Source: Gemmatimonadales bacterium
GTDB lineage: Bacteria; Gemmatimonadota; Gemmatimonadetes; Gemmatimonadales; GWC2-71-9
Direction of reading: 5' to 3'
DNA length: 64,000 nt
NCBI GenBank assembly: GCA_044229245.1
Contig: JBGATI010000017.1
Location: 16,830-80,829, forward strand
In this document: piece after piece, positions 1-8,648 of the stretch
Position numbering within the stretch: position 1 is the first letter of the stretch
Layout: every line of letters begins with the position of its first letter
The notes under the pieces: generated by a model
Database searches by the model: none
The model's input: the letters and a program-made list of their open reading frames with translations, nothing else
Told to the model about the DNA's origin: nothing
Translations under genes and position numbers: made by a program

Positions 1-1
1 C

Positions 2-3000
2 TACCTGGATCAGAAGGTCGCTGACAGCGCAGCGCTTCACCTGAATGCGGCGCTCCGGCTCGTCAGCGCCGGCGCAGACACCGCGGCCAGGAAGCTGCTG
101 CTCCGGAGTCTGGGCATTGCCTACGCGAGGCTCAGTCAGTTCGACTCGGCCGCGACCGCCTTGCGGGTTGGCATCGAGCTCGGCCGCGCGGCTGGCGACA
201 GTGGCTACGTCTCCTCCACCGGCGGCTGGCTCGGCTATGTCGAGGCCCGACGCCATCACACCGCCGCGGCGATCGACGCCTATCGCGCGGCCATCGAGTG
301 GCTCCCCTCGACATCCACCGCACTCTACGCAGGTGCCATGCAGGTAGAGCTCGATCGATTGCTCGTCCGGCAGCGCGGGCTCGACTCCCTGCGCACGGGA
401 TTCGAGATCGTGCGGCCGCTCTACGCCCGGCTTCGGTCAGTGTCCCTGCGGCGCCAGGCGTTTCGCGCGCTGAACGATCTCCTCGAGCTCGAGCTCACCG
501 ATTCGGCGATCGTCCGGTTGAGCGAGCCGCCCCCGCCAGGAGCCGCAAGGCATGATCCCGTGGCGGAGCGTCGCGCGCTGCGTCAGGTCGCCGATCGTTT
601 CATCGACGCGGAGCTCCCCGACAGCGTCGTGGCCCGGCACCGCGCCACCGCCGCGCTCCTCGTCGCGGGTACGGGCTCTCTCGATTCGGCCGCGACGCGC
701 TTCAGGCTGGCAATCACCCAGCTTGGTCCGCAGGGGGACAGCGCCGCAATCTCCGCCGCGAATGCCTGGCTCGCCATCGTGGAGACGGCGCGGAACCGCA
801 ATGACGCCGCGATCGCCGCCTACCGGAATGCCATCCGGCTCTGGCCTTCCACGGCCTCCCCCCGCGAGCTCGCAGGCCTGCACTCGCAAATCGGCCAGCT
901 GCTCGAGAAGGTGGGCGAACTCGACTCGATGCAGGTGCACTACCGGATCGCGATCAACGGGGGCCGGAGCATCTATTCGGATTCGGCGATTGTGGAGCTC
1001 AACCGTGCCCTCGGCCTGGCGACGACGGCCAGGCCCGCCGTGGCGATCCCCGCGCTGCTCAAGGCGGCGGAGCTGATGCAACGCAAAGGCTCCCAGGGCC
1101 TCCACAACCTCGCGCTGCTCCGAGTCGCCATGCTCTACCGTGACGCGGGCCAGCTCGACTCCGCGCTCGCCTACGGCAGGCTCGTGCTCGCGGCCTGGCA
1201 CCGGCTCGGTGTTCCGTCCGAGGAGGCCTCCGCGCTCATGACGGTGTCCGGCATCCACCTGCAGCGGGGCGAATTCGACTCGGCGCTGGTGTATTCCGGT
1301 AGCGGGCTGACGCTGGCTCCTCCCGGCGCACAGAAGCGTCTCCTCGCGACCCTCCACGGCGTGCGCAGCGTCGCCTTCTCCTCGAGCGGGCGCTACGACT
1401 CCGCGCTCGTGAATGCCCGTGGCGCCGTGGCCGCCTGGCGGGATGCTGACAACCCGGAGTCCCTCGCCCGGAGCCTCGGGCATCTCGGCAGCATCTTCAG
1501 CGCGGTGGGACAGTTCGATTCGGCGATCACCTATCATCGCGCCATGCGGGACGCGGCGAAGACACTGTCCCTGGCAAGCGTCGAGACCTCCGCGCTGCAG
1601 CACCTCGCCGGCGACTTCGAATCGGCCGGCGCCATCGACTCGGCGCTCGCCACCTATCGGGCGGCCCGCGACCTCTCCCATTCGATCCCCGATCCCAGGG
1701 GCGAAGCCGCGGCGCTGGAGCGGATCGGCACGCTGCTCACCACCAAGGGCGAGATCGATTCGGCGGCGGCATCGCTCCGGGCCGCGCTGACCACGCTGCT
1801 TGCCGCCGACACCGGCGGCACCACCGCCGACGAACTCAACGATATCGCCTCATTGTACGAACGGACCGGCGACGCCGACTCGGCCCTCGCCTATCGCCGT
1901 CAGGCGAGAGACCTGGCGCGCGCCACCGGCGATCCCTCGTCGCTCGATCTGGCGCTCGTCGCCCTCGGACGCCTCGAGACTGATCGCGGCAATCCGATGG
2001 AGGGGCTCGCCGCACTCCGTGAGGCGCTCGACCGGCAGCGCGGGAACTCCTCCCTGGAGCAGACGGCTGCGATCCTCGGGAACCTCGGCTTCACGCTGCG
2101 CCGCCTCCCCAAGCCCGACCTCGCCGGCGCCCTCGCCGCGTTCGATACCGCCTCCATCTATCGGGCACGCGTGCGCCAGGAGGCCGGCGGCGACGAGAAC
2201 AAGCTCAGCATCGGTGAGCGCTTCACCCTGCCACCGGGGGAGTGGGAGTTCAGTTGGCTGGCGCTCGCGCCGAAGATCGGGGCCGAACCCGCCGCCCTCG
2301 GGGCACTCGCCGCCGGAGAACGGAGCCGGGCGCAGGCGCTGCTCGATCTCATGCGCGGCACGACCAAGGCCGGAAAGCCTGGCACCGACCTGGTCGCCGC
2401 GGGCCGGCGCCTCGTCACCGCCGCCAGCGCGGGCGGCGCCACATTGCTTTCCTATCTCAGCACCGAGGACAGCCTGCTGGTCTGGTATGCCCGGCCCGGT
2501 GCACCGCTCGTCGCCCGGGTGGTGCCGGTCGGGGCCGACTCGCTGGCCCGGCTCGTGGGAAGCTGGCGTCGCGCGCTCGGGGTCGATCATGCCGACGTCG
2601 GCGCGCGGCTCGCGGGGCCGGAGGGGCAGCCGCTCGAGGAGAGGCTGCGGAGCGGCGCAGCCGGCGGCGTCAGTGCCGCGGGCGACCCGACGGCGTTAGG
2701 CGCAGCGCTCTCCGCCATCATTCTCCCCGACGAACTCCGCCGCTCGTCCACCGGCGGGAAGCCGGGCGAGCTGGTGATTGTCAGCAGTGGCCCCCTCACC
2801 GTCATCCCCTTCGGCGCACTGCCGCTCGCGGATCCGGCGGTGGTGCTCGGGGAGCGGTCTGCCATTCGCTACGCCCCCTCGCTCACGAGCCTGGTCGAAG
2901 TGGAGCGCGGGACGCTTCCGCTTACCGCTGCGGCCCGCACGGCGAAGCTCAAGCGATCGCTCGTGGTGGGTGATCCCGCGATGCCGGCACCGCGGAACAG

Positions 3001-3592
3001 TCGCGGCGAACGCGCGACCCTCCCCGCCCTCCCCGCCGCCGCCATCGAGGGCCGCGCCGTGGCGGCGCGGGTCGGCGTCACCGCCCTCACCGGAGCGGCC
3101 GCGAGCGAGCGCACCGTTCGCGAGCGGATGCCGGCCGCACCGCTCATCCACCTCGCCAGCCACGGCTATGCCTACGCCGCGGCAGGCCAGGCGCGGAACT
3201 CCTTCGTCGCCCTCGCCCCAGACTCCACCGACGACGGGCTGCTCACCGTCGGCGAGGTCCTCGACGATCCGCATCTCAGGCTCAGCGCCGATCTCGTCGT
3301 GCTCAGCGCCTGCCAGACCGGCCTCGGCAATCTCAAGCAGGCGGAGGGCACGGTCGGACTGCAGCGCGCCTTCATGGCGCGCGGCGCGCGGAGCCTGCTG
3401 GTGAGTCTGTGGAGTGTGTCGGATGAGGCGACCGCACTGCTGATGCAGCGCTTCTATCAGCACTGGCTCAGGGACCGCGATCAGCCCGCCAAGGCCGAGG
3501 CGCTCCGCCGGGCGCAGGGGGATGTGCGGGGGACGAAGGGCTTCGAGGCGCCACGCTTCTGGGCGCCGTTCCAGCTGGTGGGGGGACGCTAG
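2..3592 (+). CDS. TPR-repeat / CHAT-domain protein (caspase-like protease fold); 5' end runs off the window
   Basis: The frame is open from position 2, so the listed ORF begins at an internal TTG at 161. About a dozen ~40-aa TPR-like units carry G-x-[LFI]-DSA-[LI]-x-x-Y-R. C-terminal CHAT signatures show a putative His/Cys dyad (LIHLASHGYAY ... LVVLSACQTGLG). Confidence 0.85.
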   Translation, partial: YLDQKVADSAALHLNAALRLVSAGADTAARKLLLRSLGIAYARLSQFDSAATALRVGIELGRAAGDSGYVSSTGGWLGYVEARRHHTAAAIDAYRAAIEWLPSTSTALYAGAMQVELDRLLVRQRGLDSLRTGFEIVRPLYARLRSVSLRRQAFRALNDLLELELTDSAIVRLSEPPPPGAARHDPVAERRALRQVADRFIDAELPDSVVARHRATAALLVAGTGSLDSAATRFRLAITQLGPQGDSAAISAANAWLAIVETARNRNDAAIAAYRNAIRLWPSTASPRELAGLHSQIGQLLEKVGELDSMQVHYRIAINGGRSIYSDSAIVELNRALGLATTARPAVAIPALLKAAELMQRKGSQGLHNLALLRVAMLYRDAGQLDSALAYGRLVLAAWHRLGVPSEEASALMTVSGIHLQRGEFDSALVYSGSGLTLAPPGAQKRLLATLHGVRSVAFSSSGRYDSALVNARGAVAAWRDADNPESLARSLGHLGSIFSAVGQFDSAITYHRAMRDAAKTLSLASVETSALQHLAGDFESAGAIDSALATYRAARDLSHSIPDPRGEAAALERIGTLLTTKGEIDSAAASLRAALTTLLAADTGGTTADELNDIASLYERTGDADSALAYRRQARDLARATGDPSSLDLALVALGRLETDRGNPMEGLAALREALDRQRGNSSLEQTAAILGNLGFTLRRLPKPDLAGALAAFDTASIYRARVRQEAGGDENKLSIGERFTLPPGEWEFSWLALAPKIGAEPAALGALAAGERSRAQALLDLMRGTTKAGKPGTDLVAAGRRLVTAASAGGATLLSYLSTEDSLLVWYARPGAPLVARVVPVGADSLARLVGSWRRALGVDHADVGARLAGPEGQPLEERLRSGAAGGVSAAGDPTALGAALSAIILPDELRRSSTGGKPGELVIVSSGPLTVIPFGALPLADPAVVLGERSAIRYAPSLTSLVEVERGTLPLTAAARTAKLKRSLVVGDPAMPAPRNSRGERATLPALPAAAIEGRAVAARVGVTALTGAAASERTVRERMPAAPLIHLASHGYAYAAAGQARNSFVALAPDSTDDGLLTVGEVLDDPHLRLSADLVVLSACQTGLGNLKQAEGTVGLQRAFMARGARSLLVSLWSVSDEATALLMQRFYQHWLRDRDQPAKAEALRRAQGDVRGTKGFEAPRFWAPFQLVGGR

Positions 3593-3628
3593 CGCGGCCG
3601 CGCCCGATTCATCGGGGTGCGATGCCGC

Positions 3629-4291
3629 TCAGTGGCAGCACCCGGGGCCACAGGTGGAGCGCCCGCGAATCCCCTCCACCCCTTCCCGCGCGATGATCGG
3701 CACCATCACCAGTGCCGCGAGCGGATCCGCCCACCACCATCCGAAGAGGGCATTGAGGCAGAGCCCGCCGAGCAGAATGGCGGAGAGATAGGCGCAGAGC
3801 TGGGTCTGCGTGGCCTCGGCCGCGAGTGCTCCGCTCTCGAGCTGAACAGCCAGCCGCCGCTTGCGCCGCGCAAGCCACGGCATGACGAGCAGGGAGAGAA
3901 TGGCGAGCACGATCCCCACCCGGCTCTCCTCCGGCGCCTCACGCAACCAGAGCGACTTCGACGCCTCCAGCAGGACGTACGCCGCCAGCGCCAGGAAGCA
4001 GGCGCCGATGAACCGGAGGCTCCGGTCCTCGACCTTCGCACGGTGCGCCGGATCGGCGTCCGCCGCGAGACGCCACAGGCCGGCGGCGCTCGCGCTGAGT
4101 TCGATCCCGCTGTCGAACCCGAACCCGACCAGCGCGATGCTACCGGCCGCGAGCCCAGCGGCCAGCGCGATCACCGCCTCGAGGCTGTTGTAGCACAGCG
4201 TCACGATCGTGAGCTTGCGGCTCCGCGCGACGAGCACGGAACGCTCCGATGCGCCACTGTCGCGGCTCCCCTGCACCGCCGATCGCTCCAT
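3629..4291 (-). CDS. Short cation-efflux (CDF-like) membrane-domain protein without a cytoplasmic domain
   Basis: ATG at 4291. About 6 hydrophobic helices. SIALVGFGFDSGIELSAS and LCAYLSAILLG resemble the TM2/TM5 regions of short cation-transporter proteins. Ends in the Cys-rich tail TCGPGCCH. Confidence 0.6.
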   Translation of the reverse strand: MERSAVQGSRDSGASERSVLVARSRKLTIVTLCYNSLEAVIALAAGLAAGSIALVGFGFDSGIELSASAAGLWRLAADADPAHRAKVEDRSLRFIGACFLALAAYVLLEASKSLWLREAPEESRVGIVLAILSLLVMPWLARRKRRLAVQLESGALAAEATQTQLCAYLSAILLGGLCLNALFGWWWADPLAALVMVPIIAREGVEGIRGRSTCGPGCCH

Positions 4292-4372
4292 GAATCCGCC
4301 TGGTCAAACTCGCCTGCGAAACTAGCCGCCCCCGATTGCAGGACCGATGAAGATCGGGTGAGGGCGCCGCGA

Positions 4373-4969
4373 TCACCCCTCGTGCGACTCCTTGAATGAC
4401 GGCATCCCCGCCTGGTCCGCACTGACACCGACGATGAGTGCCATCGGCCCCTCCGCAGACGGTGCGGTCCCGCCACGCAGCTCACCCTCCGGGACCGGCT
4501 CGTCGAGCCGGCAGAGATGCAGGGTTCCCGCCGTGCGGAGCGGGAGCGTCACCAGCGTCTCGGTCCCCGGTGTCTCGACCGGCCGCCAGTGACTCATCTC
4601 GGCGTGCGGCGTGGCGATGAGCAGTGAGATGCGGGCCCGCTGCCCCGCGGCGGGCGGCACGAGCCAGTGGAGCGCCTCCTTCGCGTAGGGGTCGTTCGTC
4701 GGGACCTGGACCGGGGCAGCCGCGTGCGGGATGAGAATGTCCGGTCCGCGCGACCAGCCGAGCCGGAAATCCTTGGGACGATGCCATCGGCTCACCGCGG
4801 TATCGACCGTGATCTTCCATCGGCCGGTGGGATAGATGATGAGCCCCACCAGCCCGTTCGCCGCGGCGACGGCAGCGTGCACCTCGTCCTCGTGGGTCCA
4901 GACGCGCCAGAGGCCGGAGCGGGGAGCGTCGGCGGTGCCGAGCGCGAAGCGGTAGACCTTGTTGGCCAT
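4373..4969 (-). CDS. Hypothetical cytoplasmic protein (no family recognised)
   Basis: 198-aa ORF with an ATG start and G/C-ending codons like neighbouring genes. No signal peptide. Confidence 0.6.
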   Translation of the reverse strand: MANKVYRFALGTADAPRSGLWRVWTHEDEVHAAVAAANGLVGLIIYPTGRWKITVDTAVSRWHRPKDFRLGWSRGPDILIPHAAAPVQVPTNDPYAKEALHWLVPPAAGQRARISLLIATPHAEMSHWRPVETPGTETLVTLPLRTAGTLHLCRLDEPVPEGELRGGTAPSAEGPMALIVGVSADQAGMPSFKESHEG

Positions 4970-5070
4970 GGCGTCCTGCGGTGCTGAAGGAGGAGGGCGG
5001 GCACTGCGATGGGGAAAGCTACCCGGGTGGGGGGCCGGGCATCTGGCTCACGGTGCCCGGCCACCCTGCC

Positions 5071-5493
5071 TCAGGGACACTTGCTGCACGGCATGACGAT
5101 GGTGCGGTATTCGAGGGGGGAATTCGCGGCGCCGGGGAGATAGGCCCGGATCGAGCGCGGATCGGAGTAGGTGCCAGGCGTGAGGGGACGGAGAATCCAG
5201 AGCGTCCTGGCTCGGCCCAGGCTGTCGGACAGCACCCGCGATGGCTGGGCGCCCACCGGCCAGCGGCCATCATCCCAGATGATCTCGATGCCGGGCACCG
5301 GCTTGCCGCGATGATCCGTCACCATGGCGATGATCGGCACGCTGTCGCCGGGATTGTGGTTGATCAGGTTCGCGCTGACACCGGTCGGATACCGCAATTG
5401 CATCGCCGGCTGATTGGGTGGTGGCTCGAACGAATTGCATCCGGTCGATGCGAGCAGACCAGCCAATGCCAGCAGCGGCAGGGACTTGGACAT
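5071..5493 (-). CDS. Small lipoprotein, Ig-like beta-sandwich suspected
   Basis: Signal peptide with lipobox LASTGC. VTDHRGKPVPGIEIIWDD resembles Big/invasin-type Ig modules. Ends CSKCP. Confidence 0.7.
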   Translation of the reverse strand: MSKSLPLLALAGLLASTGCNSFEPPPNQPAMQLRYPTGVSANLINHNPGDSVPIIAMVTDHRGKPVPGIEIIWDDGRWPVGAQPSRVLSDSLGRARTLWILRPLTPGTYSDPRSIRAYLPGAANSPLEYRTIVMPCSKCP

Positions 5494-5584
5494 GGCGCCT
5501 CGAGATCGTGGGAAGCACCATCATGCGAAGCGGCACCGCCTCGCGGAAGTAGGGAGCGAAATACGACACCCCGCCTGGCGCCCG

Positions 5585-6079
5585 CTATTCGGGGCTCGTG
5601 TCGATCGCGTTGACGAGGAACAGCCAGGTGACCGCTTCCCCGTCGTAGTGTCCCCCGATGAAGGTCGTGAGCACGGTCATCTCGGTGCCCGTCGTCCCCG
5701 GCTGGGCGAGCGACTCCTCGAGCTGCGCTTGGACGGCGAGCCAGATCGTCGCCGTATCCGCCTTGAAAGCATACTCGTTGGCAAAGGCATCGCGCACGGC
5801 GGGATTCACGCCGAACGCCAGCTGCCAGTGCTCGAGCAGCCCGCGGCGCCCCGCGGTGAGCGGCCGGTGTTCACCGGTGTAGAGCAGCCGGCTGAAGGTC
5901 GGGAAGTCGTCGGCGGACAGCAGCCAGTGGGGTTTCCCGGGTGACCCTTCCGAGGTCAGCTCCTGCTCATGATCGGCCATGATCGCCGGGAGCGAGCCGG
6001 CCTTGTAGCGGCTCCAGTCCTGCGCGGCGGCGGAGACGGGAAGAACCAGGAGCAGCGCGAGCAGAGTGAGTCGGTTCAT
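5585..6079 (-). CDS. Secreted hypothetical protein
   Basis: Type I signal peptide MNRLTLLALLLVLPVSAAAQ. ATG at 6079. Confidence 0.7.
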   Translation of the reverse strand: MNRLTLLALLLVLPVSAAAQDWSRYKAGSLPAIMADHEQELTSEGSPGKPHWLLSADDFPTFSRLLYTGEHRPLTAGRRGLLEHWQLAFGVNPAVRDAFANEYAFKADTATIWLAVQAQLEESLAQPGTTGTEMTVLTTFIGGHYDGEAVTWLFLVNAIDTSPE

Positions 6080-6169
6080 GGCTGAACACGCTCCGTGATC
6101 GGAAGGAGGCGCCGGCCGGCGACAAAGAGATCGGACGCCGCGCTGCTGCGATCGGGTGGCCCGGCGAGG

Positions 6170-6640
6170 CTAGGTCATCCGCTGGGGGTTCCAGGTGTGT
6201 GTCTCATCGCGGACATGCTTCGCCCATGCGTAGAGGGCATCGTACACGACGAAGCCGTGGCGCAGCTGTTCGTGATCGTCGGCAAAGAGGCGCGAGAGCC
6301 CGAGCGAGATGGCCAGCAGACCGGCCGCCTGCGGCGCAAGGTCGAGCCGCGCGGTGTCGGCCCCACGCACGATGACGGCCAGTTCGGCGAGGGCGGGATC
6401 GGTGAGCCGGTATTTCGCCAGCAGGGCATCAAACGAGCAGAGGGGGCCATCGTGGGAGAGCTCGACACCCTCCACATCGAACGGAGTGGCACCGAGAGAC
6501 TCGGCGAGCCGTATCACCTCGGTGGGCGGGGCGAAGAGAAACTCGGCGTCCGTATCGATGAACCGGGCGATGAGCCAGGGGCAGGCCACGCGGTCGATCT
6601 TGGGGCGTTCGCGGGTGATCCATTTCATGAGGTCCCCCAT
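6170..6640 (-). CDS. ChrB C-terminal-domain-like protein (chromate-resistance-protein family), stand-alone
   Basis: WITRERPKIDRVACPWLIARFID matches my memory of the ChrB_C signature. The start could instead be the ATG at 6628 (MKWITR). Confidence 0.6.
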   Translation of the reverse strand: MGDLMKWITRERPKIDRVACPWLIARFIDTDAEFLFAPPTEVIRLAESLGATPFDVEGVELSHDGPLCSFDALLAKYRLTDPALAELAVIVRGADTARLDLAPQAAGLLAISLGLSRLFADDHEQLRHGFVVYDALYAWAKHVRDETHTWNPQRMT

Positions 6641-6809
6641 AGGACGGGAGGGAGTCGGGGCGGGGGCTGCCGGAGAAGGTACGCGAGGGACGGCGCCGCG
6701 CCATCCGGAGGACCGTCCCGTTCCGTTACACCGATCGGGTTCGGGGGTCGTTCACCCTCGTTTCATGGCCACCATCCTATACTTGCCGGTGCCTCAATCA
6801 GGAGGACAT

Positions 6810-7211
6810 ATGCGCATCGGGATTCTGCCTCGCCTCGCCATGCTCGGCGCGCTGCTCGCAGCCTGCAGCGACAGCGCCAACGTCATCGGTCCGAGCAATC
6901 AGCTCCAGGTCACCAACGCCACCGACGACTTCCAGTTCCAGGTCTCGAACCTCGCCAGCGTGCAACAGACGCTGCGCTACACCTGGACCAACACCGGGGA
7001 CAGCGCGAGCATCAACCAGGCCTCCGCCATCACGGGAGGCACGGCGACCCTGACGATCAAGGACCCCGCTGGGACTGTTGTCTACCAGTCGCCGCTGACT
7101 ACGAATGGCACCTTCCATTCGATCAAGGCGACCACCGGGGCGTGGCGCATCGAGGTGAAGCTCGCGAACACCGACGGCACGGTGAATTTCCGGGTGCAGA
7201 AGGCGCCGTAG
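6810..7211 (+). CDS. Small lipoprotein, unknown function
   Basis: GGAGG (6801-6805) sits 4 nt before the ATG at 6810. Lipobox LLAAC. The listed 300-aa ORF from 6309 is an upstream extension antisense to the ChrB-like gene. Confidence 0.75.
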   Translation: MRIGILPRLAMLGALLAACSDSANVIGPSNQLQVTNATDDFQFQVSNLASVQQTLRYTWTNTGDSASINQASAITGGTATLTIKDPAGTVVYQSPLTTNGTFHSIKATTGAWRIEVKLANTDGTVNFRVQKAP

Positions 7212-7241
7212 CAGTCCGTAGACCTATCCTCGAGTGGCCTG

Positions 7242-7721
7242 CTAGACGGACAGGTCGCGCTTGGCGATCGGGCGGAGTTCCTCGATCGCCGCGACAACGA
7301 GGTCTCTGTCGGCGGCCACTTCCTCGGGCAGATCCAGCCCGTACTTCGGGTCATCCAGGTCGGAGACCAGTTTCGACAATCTTGCCGCGGCCTCTTCACT
7401 CATCAGGAACGTCCCGATCACCGCCGCGCGGCGGATGCCGTCCCGGCCTTCCTTGGAGCTCCGGCCCAGTTCGGCCATCCGTTCCTCGCTGAATCTCACC
7501 CCCTCCTCGATCTTCTGAAGCAGGTGCTCCGCGTAGGTCTTCACGTGATACAGCGATTCGAAGATCTCCGAATAGGCCGCCGCCTTCCGCTCCCACCACT
7601 TCTCGGAGCGGAATCGGCGCAGCGCCAGCCGCACGGATACGAGCGCCGTGATCAAGCCAGTGGCAACGCTCACGATCAGCGAGGGGAGCAAAGTGGTGAA
7701 CATCGTGTCCAACTGGGGCAT
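7242..7721 (-). CDS. N-terminally membrane-anchored helical protein, unknown function
   Basis: One TM helix (LLPSLIVSVATGLITALVSV) followed by a charged helical domain. Visibly less GC-rich than its neighbours. An alternative ATG lies at 7703. Confidence 0.6.
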   Translation of the reverse strand: MPQLDTMFTTLLPSLIVSVATGLITALVSVRLALRRFRSEKWWERKAAAYSEIFESLYHVKTYAEHLLQKIEEGVRFSEERMAELGRSSKEGRDGIRRAAVIGTFLMSEEAAARLSKLVSDLDDPKYGLDLPEEVAADRDLVVAAIEELRPIAKRDLSV

Positions 7722-7734
7722 CCGGCTCTCTCAG

Positions 7735-7765
7735 TGTTGCAACATGGCCACGCTGTGAATCACAG
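7735..7765. promoter_or_regulatory. Two perfect palindromes (TGTTGCAACA 7735-7744; CTGTGAATCACAG 7753-7765) in the divergent promoter region upstream of the ZIP transporter
   Basis: Read directly from the sequence. They lie about 100 nt upstream of the ZIP ATG. No known Zur/Fur consensus match is claimed. Confidence 0.25.
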
Positions 7766-7861
7766 GATGATATAGAGGAGGGGTGTGACAGTCTTTCCGC
7801 TCCTGCCCCATTCCCCACCATATTCCTCCCGCCGAGAGCCGCTCCCCATACCCCGCGCGCC

Positions 7862-8587
7862 ATGCCCGAGCTGTCCGCCATCCTTCTCTTTGCCCTCATC
7901 CCGGTGGTCGCCGTCGCCGCGGGCGCGACCTTCGCCGCCTTCTTCCCGCCGGGACGGGTATTCCGGAGCACCATCCAGCACTTCGCCGCCGGCGTGGTCT
8001 TCTCAGTGGTCGCCGTGGAACTCCTCCCCGGCGTCCGGCTCGGCCACGACCCGCTCGAGGTCGGCTGGACCTTCGCCGCCGGCGTCGCCGTGATGCTCCT
8101 GCTCCAGGCCTTCGGCCAGCGGATCGAGGCGGCGCACGCCGCGAAGGGGAAGAGCGATGCGCCCTCGATCGGCTCCTTCGTGGCGATCGCCATCGACGTC
8201 ACGATCGACGGACTCCTCATCGGCATCGCCTTCGCCGCCGGGAGCAAGGAGGGATTGCTGCTCACCCTCGCCCTCACGCTGGAGATGCTCTCGCTCGGCC
8301 TCTCGATGGCGGTCGAACTCCGCGCCCTGAAACGGTGGAAGATCGTGGCCATCCCCACCGGCATCGCCCTGCTGCTGCTGCTGGGGGCCCTCGCCGGCGG
8401 CACGATCCTCCGCGGCGCCTCCATCCACACCATCGCCGGGGTACTCTCCTTCGGCTGCGCCGCGCTGCTCTACCTCGTCGTGGAGGAGCTGATGGTGGAA
8501 GCGCACGAGAACGCCGAGACGCCGTTCGCCACCGGCATGTTCTTCGTGGGCTTCCTGATCTTCTTGTTGCTCGGCATGGTGGTCTGA
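7862..8587 (+). CDS. ZIP-family divalent metal transporter
   Basis: 241 aa and about 8 TM helices. HFAAGVVFSVVAVELLPG and the C-terminal LVVEELMVEAHE are typical of ZupT-like ZIP proteins. Confidence 0.85.
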   Translation: MPELSAILLFALIPVVAVAAGATFAAFFPPGRVFRSTIQHFAAGVVFSVVAVELLPGVRLGHDPLEVGWTFAAGVAVMLLLQAFGQRIEAAHAAKGKSDAPSIGSFVAIAIDVTIDGLLIGIAFAAGSKEGLLLTLALTLEMLSLGLSMAVELRALKRWKIVAIPTGIALLLLLGALAGGTILRGASIHTIAGVLSFGCAALLYLVVEELMVEAHENAETPFATGMFFVGFLIFLLLGMVV

Positions 8588-8648
8588 GGCGGCAGCTCCC
8601 GGGGAATAGCATGCCACCCGCCCCGACCCGTAGATCACCCGAAACCAG

